Below are positions 11,001-24,499 of a DNA stretch of 64,000 nt, in pieces. The position numbers were made by a program, and so were the translations under genes. The DNA comes from Mobula birostris (taxonomy: Eukaryota), in NCBI RefSeq assembly GCF_030028105.1, contig NC_092397.1, positions 36,733,097 through 36,797,096 on the forward strand, written 5' to 3'. Each line of letters starts with the position of its first letter. Position 1 is the first letter of the stretch. Below the pieces are notes generated by a model that was not told the origin of the DNA, made no database searches, and saw nothing but the letters and a program-made list of their open reading frames with translations.

Positions 11001-14000
11001 CTAACCCGGGAAGGGAGCCATAGAAACATAGAAACATAGAAAATAGGTGCAGGAGCAGGCCATTCGGCCCTTCGAGCCTGCACCGCCATTTATTATGATC
11101 ATGGCTGATCATCCAACTCAGAACCCCGCCCCAGCCTTCCCTCCATACCCCCTGACCCCCATAGCCACAAGGGCCATATCTAACTCCCTCTTAAATATAG
11201 CCAATGAACTGGCCTCAACTGTTTCCTGTGGCAGAGAATTCCACAGATTCACCACTCTCTGTGTGAAGAAGTTTTTCCTAATCTCGGTCCTAAAAGGCTT
11301 CCCCTCTATCCTCAAACTGTGGCCCCTCGTTCTGGACTTCCCCAACATCGGGAACAATCTTCCTGCATCTAGCCTGTCCAATCCCTTTAGGATCTTATAC
11401 GTTTCAATCAGATCCCCCCTCAATCTTCTAAATTCCAACGAGTACAAGCCCAGTTCATCCAGTCTTTCTTCATATGAAAGTCCTGCCATCCCAGGAATCA
11501 ATCTGGTGAACCTTCTTTGTACTCCCTCTATAGCAAGGATGTCTTTCCTCAGATTAGGGGACCAAAACTGCACACAATACTCCAGGTGTGGTCTCACCAA
11601 GGCCTTGTACAACTGCAGTAGTACCTCCCTGCTCCTGTACTCGAATCCTCTCGCTACAAATGTCATAGAAAACATTGTATTGGGAAATGAGCCTGGCCAT
11701 TGATAGAAGTTTCATTTTCGGAACAGTAAATAGGGACAAGACTGGACCCGGTGGTAATATGGTCATTTGGGGTACAGTTAATTGCAACTGTCTACATTGA
11801 ACATGTAAATGATGTTTAAAAGCAATCGGGTCAGAATTCAGACAGAACTGTTTCTATGAGGAGGAAACACAAGGATGGTAAAGTCTGGCAGAGGGGCATA
11901 GTGAGAGATGTTATGAATTCAGACTGAAAGAAAATGAAGGATAAGGAATATTTCAGAAGTAGAAATTGGAGAAAGCCTCTGGCAACATGAAACAAGTAAG
12001 AGAGAAGTTAGAGAGAGAATCAGAAGTGTGAAACGGGAAGAAGAAATAACTTTGGTGAGAAGGGGCACTGCGGAGAGGGTACGACAACACAAGCACAGAG
12101 GAGAGAATTTATGTCTGAAGTGTGCGAAGGACTAAACCTGTACTTCTCATCAGTATTCATCAATGTGGTCATGGAGGATAGTGAGATCAGAGAAGGGAAT
12201 GTTGATATTCCAGGGCATGTTGTTCCTCAGGCAATGGAGACAAATTACAGATTGGTGAGTCTTGGATCAATGTTCGGGAAATTATTCGAGAATATTATTA
12301 GGGATAGGATCTCTAATAAAAGTTAGGAGGGTAAAAGGAGGATATCATGATTCAGAAGGCAAAGTGAGCAAAATCCAAGAGATTCTCTTGGTATATTCAT
12401 AGGAAAAGTTAAGTTAGACACAGAATCACCCTTGGAGGTGAACATGGCCATCTGTGTGTGGAGGCAAATGAAATAGGAGAGGCTTTCCATGAATATTTCT
12501 GACAGTTATTTCACCATTGCAAAAATTCTTTAAGGTTGTTAAATCTCCAGGGCTTTATCAGGTACATTCTCGTACTTTGTGGGAAGCTGGAGAATACACT
12601 GTGGAGGCCAGGGGAGAGATTATTTTGCTTCATCTCAGGCACCAGTTGAGGTTGCACATGATTGGACAGGGTGACTAATGTGGAATTGATAGTTTTGAGG
12701 CCAAGACTGTGGATGATATGAAGAGGCAGGCTGTGTTGAGGAAGCAGGGAGTCTGCAGTAGCACTTGGACAGATTTGGAGAATGGACAAGGAAGTGCCAG
12801 ATGAAATACAGTGTAATGAAGTGTGTGGTCATGTACTCTGGTAGGAGGAATAACACCCTAGGCTCTTTCTAAACAGGGAGAGAACAGAAATCAGTTGTGT
12901 GCAGGGTCTTAGTGCATGATTCCCTAAAGGTTAATGCACACATTGAGTTGGTAGTGAGGAAGGCAAATGTAATACTTGCATGCATTTCAAGAGAACTAGA
13001 AAGTAAAACAAGGATCTAATGCTGAGGCTTTGGTCAGACCTCGTTTGGAGTATCATGAGCAGGCTTGGGTAACTTTTCTAAGAAAGGATGTGCTGGCATT
13101 GCAGAGGCTGTAGTGGAAATTCACGAGAATGATCCCAGGACTGAAAGAGTTAGGATGTAATAATCATTTGATGATCTGGGCCTGCAGTCACTGGAGTCCA
13201 GAAGAATGAGGGAGAATCTTATAGAAACACATTGAATATTGAACGGCCTAGATAGCGTTGATGTGAGAGGATGTTTCCAATAATGGAGGAATCTAGAACC
13301 AAACCACACCCTCAATAAAAGATGCCCCTCTAGAATAGAGATGAGTAATTTCTTTAGTCAGAAGGTGATGAATCAATGGATTTCATTTCCACAGGCAGCC
13401 ATAAAGGCAGTCAGTGTTTTTTTTTTAAAGCAGAGGTTAGTAGATTTTTAATTATTATTAAGGGTATCAAAGTTTATGGGTAGAAGGCAGGAGAATGGGG
13501 TTGAGAGGGATATATGATGGAATGGCAGAACAGACTGAATGGGCCAAAAGGCCTAATCCTGCTCCTGTGACTTCAGGACTGATGGTTTATGCGCTGCCAT
13601 TGTTCAAAAAGGGTAGTGGAAACTACAGGCCCATCAGTCTGTAATTTGTTGGAGGAGTTTCTGAAGAACAGGATCCACCAAAATTTGGTTTGATTCAAGA
13701 CAGTCAGCACAGTTTTGTGCAAGGAAAATTATGTCTGGTAATTTCTTGCAGCCCTTTGAGGGGTTTCACAAGGGTGTAGATGAGGTTAGGGTTGTGGATG
13801 TTGTCTATATGGACATTAGCCAGGCCTTTGACTATAGTCTGGAAGGTTAGATCTAGAAACTGGAATCTGGGGAGATAGTTGATCGATTCCATAATTGCCT
13901 CGGTGACAGGAGGCAGAGGCTGATGGTTGAGGGTTGTCCCTCAGACTGGAGCTGTCTGTCTAGTGGTGTGCCACTGGGTGACAGGACCTTTGTTGTTTGT

Positions 14001-16240
14001 AATTTATATAAATAATGTCCATGTGAATGTGTAATTCACTGAAAGTGACGTCTCAGCTAGGTACGGTGGTGAAGATGGGGTTTGATCTGCCGGCCTTCAT
14101 CATTCATGTCACTGAGTACAAGAGTTGGGAAGAAGTGTTGCAGATACACAAGTCTTTGGTAAGGACTGATTAAAGGAAACCATGCTGACTTTGGCCTATT
14201 TTTTCATGTGTTGCCAAGTACCCAAAAATACATCCTTGACAATTGACTCCATCATCTTCCCAACCACTGAGATCGGACTAGCTGGCCTATGATTTGCTTT
14301 CTTCTGCTTCTCCCTCTTCTTTAAGAGTGGATGACCTTTGCAATTTTCCTGTTCTCTGGAACCACACCAGAATCCAGAGATTATGGAAAGATTATTACTA
14401 AAACTGCCACAATCTCTTCAGCCACATCTTTCATAGCACTGGTGTAGATAATCTGGTCCAAGTGAATTCTCTACCTTCAGACCTTTCAGATTCCCAAGGA
14501 CCATCTCCCTAGTAAAGGCAAAATCACTCATTTCTTCCCGCTGATTCTCTTGAATTTCCAGCAGACTGCTAATATCGTCCCCAGTGAAGACTGATGCACA
14601 ATACTTATTCAGATTGTCTGCCATTTTCCTGTACCCCATTACTACCTCTCCAGTAACATCTTCCAATGAACTAATATCTACTTTTGCCTCTCTTTTACAC
14701 TTTGTATATCTGAAGAAACTTTTGGTATACTCTTTAATACCAGTGGCTAGCTTACCTTCGTATTCTAACTTTTTCCTCTCTTTATGACTTTTTTTGTTGC
14801 TTTTTGTTGGTTTCAAAAGTTGTAAATACTCTGAGAGTCAGGGACATCTCGGAGCAGATACAGAACAGGGGGATGGTGTTCATTCAGCCAGAGATGGTGA
14901 TTCACATCGGTACCAATGGACAGGTAGAAAAGGGATGATGTCCCACAGAGAGTTAGGGAAGAAGTTATGGAGCAGAACCTGAAATGTTGTAACCTCCAGT
15001 TTACTCCTAGTGCCCTGTGGTGGTAGGGATACAAACAGAAAGTGAGAGCTGATGAATGTGTGGCTAAGGAGCTGATACAGGGACAGGGTTTCAGGATTAC
15101 AGAACATTGGAACCTCTTCTGGTGTTGTGGTGACATTTACAAGAGGGATGGTTTGCAGTTTTACTGGAGGGCGGTCAGGATCATGAGGTTCATTGCTGCT
15201 CCCTATGAGGGTTGAAACGAGATTGACAGGGGGATGTGAAACAGAACACCAGTCACTGAATGGAGAGATTGAAGCTGAGTTAGATGCCAGGCACAGCAAT
15301 ATGTAACGATGGATTTTGAGGCAAATCCACATCTGACCTGGAGTTTGTTGAAAGACCAGTGCAGTGTTTCAGGGCCAGTTTTTTCCAGTAAGAGGGAGGG
15401 TCAAGGATGGCAAGGTTCAGGAACCTTGGATGATGTGACAGGAAGTTAATTTAATCAAGGAGGAGGAAGAAGCATAAGTAAGGCTTAGGAATCTGTAATC
15501 AAACAGGGTGTTTGAGGACTATATTTAAAAAACAGGGGAACTCAAGAATGTTTGGAGAGCTGGAAACACTGATGAAAAATCTCTGGCAAGTAGGATTGAA
15601 GATAATCCCATTGCATTCCATACATTCGTTGTGGTGAAAAGGATACCTAGGGCTGCACTTTGGGAGATCCAACATCAAGGGTGTGTACACAGTTAATGGC
15701 AGGAACATTAACAGTATTGACAAAGAGAAGGATGTTGAGGTTCAGAGACATCAGTTCCCTAAAACTGGGAGCACAGGTTGACAGGGAGGTGAAGTCGGTG
15801 TATGGCATGTTTACCTTCATCAGGCAAGGCATTGAGTTCAAGCCCCAGGACATGATGTTACAGGTTTATAAAATGCTGGTGAGGCCACACTGAGAGTATC
15901 GTGTTCAGTTCTGATCACCTCATTATAGGAGGCATGTGGAGGGTTTGGAGCAGGATGTCTGGAGGAGGTGTGCGCTGAGGAGAGGCTCGACATGCTGAAA
16001 CTTTTTTCTTCTGGAGTGGCGTCGGCTCAGGAGAGATTTGATAGAAACCTGTGGAATTTTGTGGTCATAGTTGGTGTAGACAGCCAGTAATATTTTTCAC
16101 AGAAGGCATGTATTTAAGGTCAGAGGAAGAAAGTGAAGACAACAGATTGATGGAGACATGGAATGCACTGTCAGGGGTGGTGGCAGAGGCAGAGAGCACA
16201 GGAGTATTTAAGGAAATTTAGACAGTCACAAGAATATGTA
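8060..16240. mobile_element. Block of nested old CR1 (and minor Rex-type) LINE fragments on both strands
   Basis: Many broken CR1 motifs, e.g. ORF 14418-14816 (KSFFRY.K.KR...NKYCASVFT), 15660-15893, 9474-9722. Confidence 0.75.
11019..11663 (-). mobile_element. Young 5'-truncated CR1 LINE
   Basis: Open ORF2 C-terminus 11118-11675 nearly identical to 41640-42189; (catagaaa)n tail; catagaaa at both ends. Confidence 0.95.
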
Positions 16241-16624
16241 GAGAAGGGCCAAAGGGCCACTCCTGTACTGTCCTTTGTTCTGAACAGCAGATGGCCCCTG
16301 GGCATGGATCCGTGCAGGAGACTGGGATATTATATCCCCAACAGAAAAATGATTGTCGGAGGGGCAGGACCGGCAGATCAGTTTCACAATACAAATGCTA
16401 CAGGTACGATGGAGTGGAGGGGAGAGATGTGTTTGACCAGAGAGAACATCTCAGTGGTACTTAGAGAAGACATCCCTGGGGATTGCCGCATCATGTATAC
16501 TGGGACCGCCGCACTGCAAAAGGGTTGGTGGCGCAGAATTTATTCTGTGCGTCCAGTTTTATCAATCAGTATTTAGAAGTTCCTACTAGAGACAGGACAG
16601 AACTGAACCTCCTTGTCGATCCAC

Positions 16625-16705
16625 CCACCCCCTCCCTTTTCTTCCTGGCACAAACAAAAGTCTGTATCAGAGCGACCCACCGCCTCACAGAGGGAGCCGT
16701 GTCTC
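16625..16705 (+). pseudogene. Orphan H4 3' end (decayed stem-loop and HDE, no CDS)
   Basis: gcacaaacaaaagtctgtatcagagcgacccaccgcctcacagagggagccgt aligns to H4 3' end 4621-4674. Confidence 0.75.
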
Positions 16706-17226
16706 GGGAGATCTGACCAAACTGACCCCGACTTTGCAAATGTTCATTTATATTTCAGAGACCCAGGCGGACGAGATTTTCAGTAAATACTGTCAGTTCC
16801 ATATGGTAAATGTACTTTTGTAGATAAATGTAAAGCTGCAAATCAATATTGTTCTGTGAGGCGGTGGGAATTGCTCATGAAGCGATCAGCGGAACGGTCC
16901 AGGGTCAACCCGCAATGTCAAACCCAGACAACGCGGTTTCAGGTCATGAAGACCGGAATCGTTCAATGATCGGAGATTAAATTCACCCTCCGGGGGCTGA
17001 CTCTGAAAGTTAATTTCCCCGCCCCGCAAGGGGAGAGAGCTCCATTCAGCCAGCAGAGACGGGAAATGAGTCAGGGCGAAGCGGACCGCGTACTCTGCAG
17101 ACTTATACCGATTTAATTCGCGGAAGAAACACGACGGAAGGAGAGAAAACGTTACCAGGGATGCCTCCGATCGGGGCCGTGTCAGATACACAGCCGAGTT
17201 ACTCCGAACGGTAATCACCCGCTATT

Positions 17227-17267
17227 CAGCCCTTCCACAGACACTGTGAGTGGCTCTGAAAAGAGCC
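17227..17267 (-). terminator. Histone 3' stem-loop and HDE of H2A
   Basis: Minus strand GGCTCTTTTCAGAGCC (17267-17252); GGAAGGGCTG downstream. Confidence 0.95.
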
Positions 17268-17297
17268 TTTGGGTAAATAGGTTCAGTTTACGTCGCC

Positions 17298-18150
<853 letters not shown>

Positions 18151-18448
18151 GTTAGCAGGTTATGGACAAACTGTGACCAGCGGCTAGTCTGCAATTTTTT
18201 TTTTTAAAAACTGTTGTATGAAAGAACCGTGAAGTCGTTCCGGCCTCGAATTAAAATGAGATTCAGAGAATTTACCCAACTCCAACTAATAAACTCCTGA
18301 ACCCACAGCTAAAACAGCAACGGGAGTGGGAGGAATGTTAAACACCAGGATTATTGAGGGAAGATGAAGCGGATATTCCAACCGCTCTTTAGCTCCTGTA
18401 AAAGTCACCACACATAAAACGTGCGCCATGTATTGCCTAAATGCTAGT

Positions 18449-18490
18449 ACAACTCTCTCAGTGAAATCGTGAGTGGCTCTTAAAAGAGCC
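18449..18490 (-). terminator. Histone 3' stem-loop and HDE of H2B
   Basis: Minus strand GGCTCTTTTAAGAGCC (18490-18475); AGAGAGTTGT downstream. Confidence 0.95.
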
Positions 18491-18521
18491 GTTGTGTTTC
18501 CGATCATCTCACTGGGGAGCT

Positions 18522-18896
18522 TTACTTGGAGCTGGTGTACTTGGTCACCGCCTTTGTTCCTTCGGAAACGGCGTGCTTGGCCAGCTCCCCGGGCAGCAGC
18601 AGGCGCACGGCGGTCTGGATCTCCCGTGAGGTGATGGTTGACCGCTTGTTGTAATGGGCCAGGCGGGAAGCCTCGCCCCCGATGCGCTCGAAGATGTCGT
18701 TGACGAATGAATTCATGATGCTCATGGCCTTGGAGGAGATGCCAGTATCGGGGTGAACCTGCTTCATCACTTTGTAGATGTAGATGGAGTAACTCTCCTT
18801 CCTCAGCCTCTTGCGCTTCTTCCCTGCCTTACCCGCTGGTTTGGGCAGAGTTTTCTTGGCGCCCTTCTTCGGAGCGGGTTTCGCTGTCTCAGGCAT
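18522..18896 (-). CDS. H2B: Histone H2B (124 aa), copy 1
   Basis: True start [12 protein letters not shown] at 18896; canonical core ending [10 protein letters not shown]. Confidence 0.98.
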   Translation of the reverse strand: MPETAKPAPKKGAKKTLPKPAGKAGKKRKRLRKESYSIYIYKVMKQVHPDTGISSKAMSIMNSFVNDIFERIGGEASRLAHYNKRSTITSREIQTAVRLLLPGELAKHAVSEGTKAVTKYTSSK

Positions 18897-19090
18897 TTCA
18901 GCTGACCGCTTCAGAACCACAAATAAGCAAAACGGGCTCGGAGCACGAATTAAATAGGCAGCGCCCAGAGGTGTATGCTAATGAGGGATGGGATGCCTAT
19001 GTTTCTCAATGGCTATTTGAAGTAACGTTCATGCAGTAAGAAAATTTGATTGGATAGCTAAAGGAATTCGTTCAACCAATCAGAACTCGT
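18897..19090 (-). promoter_or_regulatory. H2B promoter (TATA, octamer variant, CCAAT)
   Basis: TATTTAA 18950-18956, ATTAGCAT 18975-18982, CCAAT boxes near 19049 and 19076. Confidence 0.75.
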
Positions 19091-19287
19091 TCTGCGCTAC
19101 CCAGTGTTCGTTTTGGGTAACGCCGTGGACTGGAACTGTCGCCGATGTGGTGAGTTGCTGCTGCCGGTTAATTCCGCAGGAAGGAAATCTAAAATACAAA
19201 ATGGACCAACTACAGCGGCAGTATTCGGTCATTCGGCCCGTCGTATCTGCTAGAAAAGCAGATGGAATGAGGAAAACACACAGTTAA

Positions 19288-20677
19288 TAGCCTAACGTCG
19301 GTGGTGGGGAAACTGCTGGAGTCAGTTATCAAGGATGTGATAACAGCACATTTGGAAAGCGGTGAAATGATCGGACAAAGTCAGCATGGATTTGTGAAAA
19401 GAAAATCATGTCTGACGAATCTCATAGAATTTTTTGAGGATGTAACTGGTAGAGTGGATAGGGGAGAACCAGTGGATGTGGTATATTTGGATTTTCAGAA
19501 GGCTTTTGACAAGGTCCCACACAGGAGATTAGTGTGCAAACTTAAAGCACACGGTATTGGGGGTAAGGTATTGGTGTGAGTGGAGAGTTGGTTAGCAGAC
19601 AGGAAGCAAAGAGTGGGATTAAACGGGACCTTTTCAGAATGGCAGGCGGTGACTAGTGGGGTACCGCAAGGCTCAGTGCTGGGACCCCAGTTGTTTACAA
19701 TATATATTAATGACTTGGATGAGGGAATTAAATGCAGCATCTCCAAGTTTGCGGATGACACGAAGCTAGGTGGCAGTGTTAGCTGTGAGGAGGACGCTAA
19801 GAGGATGCAGGGTGACTTGGATAGGTTGGGTGAGTGGGCAAATTCATGGCAGATGCAATTTAATGTGGATAAATGTGAAGTTATCCACTTTGGTGGCAAA
19901 AATAGGAAAACAGATTATTATCTGAATGGTGGCCGATTAGGAAAAGGGGAGGTGCAACGTGACCTGGGTGTCATTATACACCAGTCATTGAAAGTGGGCA
20001 TGCAGGTACAGCAGACGGTGAAAAAGGCGAATGGTATGCTGGCATTTATAGCGAGAGGATTTGAGTACAGGAGCAGGGAGGTACTACTGCAGTTGTACAA
20101 GGCCTTGGTGAGACCACACCTGGAGTATTGTGTGCAGTTTTGGTCCCCTAATCTGAGGAAAGACATCCTTACCATAGAGGGAGTACAGAGAAGGTTCACC
20201 AGATTGATTCCTGGGATGGCAGGACTTTCATATGAAGAAAGAATGGATGAACTGGGCTTGTACTCGTTGGAATTTAGAAGATTGAGGGGGGATCTGATTG
20301 AAACGTATAAGATCCTAAAGGGATTGGACAGGCTAGATGCAGGAAGATTGTTCCCGATGTTGGGGAAGTCCAGAACAAGGGGTCACAGTTTGAGGATAGA
20401 GGGGAAGCCTTTTAGGACCGAGATTAGGAAAAACTTCTTCACACAGAGAGTGGTGAATCTGTGGAATTCTCTGCCATAGGAAACTGTTGAGGCCAGTTCA
20501 TTGGCTATATTTAAGAGGGAGTTAGATATGGCCCTTGTGGCTACGGGGGTCAGGGGGTATGGAGGGAAGGCCGGGGCGGTGTTCTGAGTTGGATGATCAG
20601 CCATGATCATAATAAATGGCGGTGCAGGCTCAAAGGGCCGAATGGCCTTCTCCTGCACCTATTTTCTATGTTTCTAT
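19288..20677 (+). mobile_element. Young 5'-truncated CR1 LINE (RT domain, two premature stops)
   Basis: ORFs 19301-19579 and 19580-20479 with LDFQKAFD, GVPQGSVLGP, KFADD; ctatgtttctat tail; nearly identical to 40890-42285. Confidence 0.95.
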
Positions 20678-20850
20678 AATATGAAACGTTTATGTAATGA
20701 AACAGGACAGCAGGAGACCGAAGGTCAAATGGACCAGGTGAAAGATAAATTTACTGCAGCAGCATCATAAACACATAGTATCCACGATACAGTGCTCACA
20801 AGAACTAAACTGCTGTACAGAATTGTAAAAAGAGAAGAGAATTAGCAGTT

Positions 20851-20950
20851 AGTCCTGCCGAAGGTTCTCGGCCCAAAATGTCGACTGTACCTCTTTCCTA
20901 GAGATGCTGCCTGGCCTGCTGCGTTCACCAGCAACTTTGATGTGTGTTGC
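20851..20950 (+). mobile_element. Penelope pseudo-LTR fragment with degenerate hammerhead
   Basis: agtcctgccgaaggttctcggcccaaaatgtcgactg...gatgctgcctggcctgctg. Confidence 0.75.
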
Positions 20951-21076
20951 AGAGAATTTGAACGAGTCTCAAGACAGTCCACTGCAGTATAAATTGATCA
21001 AAGTGGTGCTGTCTTGAGTTGGGGAGGAGCGTTGTTCGGGTTTGTTAAAGTACGTAATGTCTGTACATTATGTACA

Positions 21077-21298
21077 GGGTTCATTCTGTACCCGTCAGTC
21101 TCTGGTACAGTGTGAGAGTGTGGGGTTCATTCTGTACCCGTCAGCCTCTGGTACAGTGTGAGAGTGTGGAGTTCATTCTGTACCTGTCAGTCTCTGGTAC
21201 AGTGTGAGAGTGTGGGGTTCATTCTGTACCCGTCAGTCTCTGGTACAGTGTGAGAGTGTGGGGTTCATTCTGTACCTGTCAGTTTCCGGTACAGTGTG
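21077..21298. repeat. 46-bp minisatellite (about 4.8 copies)
   Basis: gttcattctgtaccYgtcagtctctggtacagtgtgagagtgtggR starts at 21079, 21125, 21171, 21217 and 21263. Confidence 0.95.
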
Positions 21299-21419
21299 GG
21301 AGTTGGTACTTGGCACTGTGTCTCCCAGTCTCTCATGCAATGTAAATGTAGAAACTTCTTTCAGATTCATCCTCACACTTGAATTCTTTTTGGCTTTTTA
21401 AACAATATCACACAATGCG

Positions 21420-21850
21420 ATGTGGCCACACATTTGTTGGAGGAACAACACCTTATGGGTGGCTTCCAACCTGACGGCATGAACATCGAACTATCGCATT
21501 TCTGGTAATGCCTCCCACACCCCCCCCTTCACCATTTCCCATCATCTTGCCCACCCACCATCTCCCTCTGGTGCTCCTCTCCCCTTTTCTTTCTTCCATG
21601 GCCTCCTGTCTCTTTCACTAATCAACTTCCCAGCCCCCTACAGGTTTCACACTCACCTTATTTTCTCTCTCCCCTTCCCCACCTTTTAAATCTACTCCTC
21701 AGATTTTCTCCTAAGTCCTGCCGAAGGGTTTTGTCCCAAAACAGTGGCTGTGTTTTTTTTCTATAGATGCTGCCTGACCCGCTGAGTTTGTTCAGCATTT
21801 GTGTGTGTGGCTTGGATTTCCAGCAACTGTAGATTTTCTCCTGTTTGTGA
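21420..21850 (+). mobile_element. Penelope-like element 3' portion with pseudo-LTR
   Basis: ttggaggaacaacacctt...ccaacctgacggcatgaacatc ORF-end remnant, pyrimidine tract, decayed hammerhead near 21714. Confidence 0.7.
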
Positions 21851-23324
21851 CACAATGCTGTACATCAGTGTCTCAGTGATGATGTATCTGGTTACCTTGT
21901 ACTAATCTGAATGGACTTTGGAGCAGAGCATCCAGAGTAACAAGCCCAGACCATTCAACCCAACTCTGGTCTTGTGATAAATGTGTAACTTTCCTCGAGT
22001 CTCGGTGTGGGAGGGTTTGAATGGTGTGTATCGTGTCGCAAAATTTGAACTGATAGGATTGAGAATGATTTTGACTGTAGATATGTAACCAGTGTGTCCA
22101 CAGTGATCAGTGATGGGACCTTTGTTTGATCAGATTAAAACACACATGGGCGGATCAGATCGCTGATGACACGAATGTTGGTATAGTTGTGGGTGGCGAG
22201 GAAGGTTGTCAAATGGACAGAAGTGGATATAGATCAATTGGAATCATGGATGGAGAAATGGGGGAAATGGATTTTAATTTGGACAAGTGTGAGGAGTTTT
22301 ACAGGTAAAATGTCGTAAGAAACTCCACAGTAAATGGCAGCACCCTTAGGAGCACTAATACACGAGAGAACTTGATGTGTTTCTCTGTATTATCTTGCAA
22401 GTGTCACTGAAAGGAAGTAAACTGCTCTAAAGATCACAGAGGGGGAGCAGTAAGAGGATTCAGTGGGGGGTGGGGTCGCCGTAGGGTAATGTCATGGCTG
22501 GAAATGTGTGTAATTAATGACCACTGACATTCTGTTGTGTTTCTCTTTTAGAAGCTGGACTGCTGTTATGATGTAAGTATGTGAAGTTTTTTTTTAAACT
22601 GTGCTTTATGTTTCTGTATTTGGAGGACAATAAATGAGTTGTTATGGTTTTCCTGAAACAGAAAATGCCTCATGCCATTTTATTTGTAAAAGTCTTCACA
22701 CTGCAAGAATACCGCAGTGTCAATCTGCACCAAGAAAACCTGATCACATTCTCTTGAGGGTTAATGGCATTGCTGACTCTGAGTTTACTACAGTCAAATG
22801 CCAGCAGGGTCACGATCAGCAGAAACTCTCACAAAGCAGCTCTGTTTGTATTGTGTGCTTAGTAGGTCTGTGGGAGATACCCAGAATGTGAAGCTATAGT
22901 AATGGAGAGAGACACACTGAGCCAAGTCACAGCTTGATGGGCAGAGAGGAAAACAGAGAATTTGATGTTGTGTCCTTATGCCTGAACTATGCCCAGTTAG
23001 AAGTGTTGTTCCTCCGCACAGTGTTCAGCCTCACTGTAACAGTGTGACATCAGACATCAACATGAAAACCAAAATAATCTCAGCTGAGATATATTCTCTT
23101 TCACCTGTTGATCATCTTTGCAAACATTTTACAGGCAGAAAAGGCAAAGAATTTCTGTCTGAGAATCTCAAATGCAACAGCGTGTCACTTCTGCTGTGTC
23201 TGTCGGTTCCCCAGCATTTGAATGCTACCAGTCACTGAATATGAAGGGGGAGATGGTTGAGAAGACAGCACACCAGAGTCCCAATACGTGGACTTGTCCA
23301 TGGACTGACCTGATAAATGGCCAT

Positions 23325-23712
23325 AGAGTTGATACCAGTGAGTTGGCGTTCACCGCCTCTCATTTTGGAAGGGATTCACCAGGCCACTGCACCTGCAGAT
23401 ACACCAGCAAGTTCACACGGGGAGAGGCCATTCACCTGCTCCATGGCAGACGGGATTCATTCAGTCACATGAGCTATTAAAACACCAGCCAGTTCACACT
23501 GGTGAGCAGCCAGACTTGGCTCTGTTGTCTCTGTCTCTCAGTAAAGCTTCACACCTGTTCCGAGTGTGGGAGGAGATTCATCAGTTCACCCACCGTGTGA
23601 GGCTCCAGTGAGTTTACAATTCATAGAGGACACACTTCTGCCCTGAGTCAGCAAAGAAATTTACTCAAGTCATCCCACCTGCTGAAACACCAGCAACTTC
23701 ACATCAGGGAGG
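23325..23712 (+). pseudogene. Decayed C2H2 zinc-finger gene
   Basis: Frameshifted remnants such as [47 protein letters not shown] and SHLLKHQQLH. Confidence 0.8.
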
Positions 23713-24499
23713 AAGTTATAATAAGCTGTATATGGGACTGTTAATGTCAGATTCCACAGATATTGTGGCTGGTCATCAGACCCAGGACTGAACCCTGGTC
23801 ACTGAGCATTGAGGGGGTTCATCCCACCATCTTAAAATACACTGGTGTTTAATATTGTGGATCTGTCATAGACAAATAGATCAATTCCATTTCAAATCCT
23901 GTGTCTCAGGTGCTTCCTCCCTGTCACACTGACAATGAACAGTCGAGAGGCCACCCAGTCCAGCTGGTACCTGCTTGTGTTCCTATTGCACACCAGAGCT
24001 TTCAAACTCATCCCTGCCGTTCACCACTAACTCACCCTATAATGTTCAGGATGTAACTGGTCACCGGTCTGGGGATGAAGAGGTTTACCTTGAATTCACT
24101 CCACGACTTTCTGTAAACTGCAGAGGATTAATTTACTGTGGTTTTCTCCCAAATATTCCTCATCCCTCACAGCTCTGGACCAAGGCTGAAGTCTTGTGTT
24201 GTTAAAATCTTCCTGTCCCGCTCTGTTCATTGCTTTGTGTCATTTTCACTGATTTTGAAGGTCTATGCCTCACATTGCCGGGCTGTTGCAATACAACACT
24301 CTCCTCTAAAGTACGACAGCAGAATGGTGGAGCAGAAAGAAGAGGGGTCAGCACAAATGAGGGCTTTGGAGCTCCAGATGTGATGGAGGCTTGAGTTTAC
24401 GTAGAGTAGAAGGAGGGAATCAGACCAGGAGGATGAGGCTGCAAATGAAAGTTCAGCAACATTTGGAAACTGATTGACTGAAAAAAAGAGGTTTATGTT

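Noticed and set aside
21077-21298. Palindromic repeats resembling a CRISPR array
   Set aside because: Units are contiguous with no unique spacers, there are no cas genes, and the context is eukaryotic
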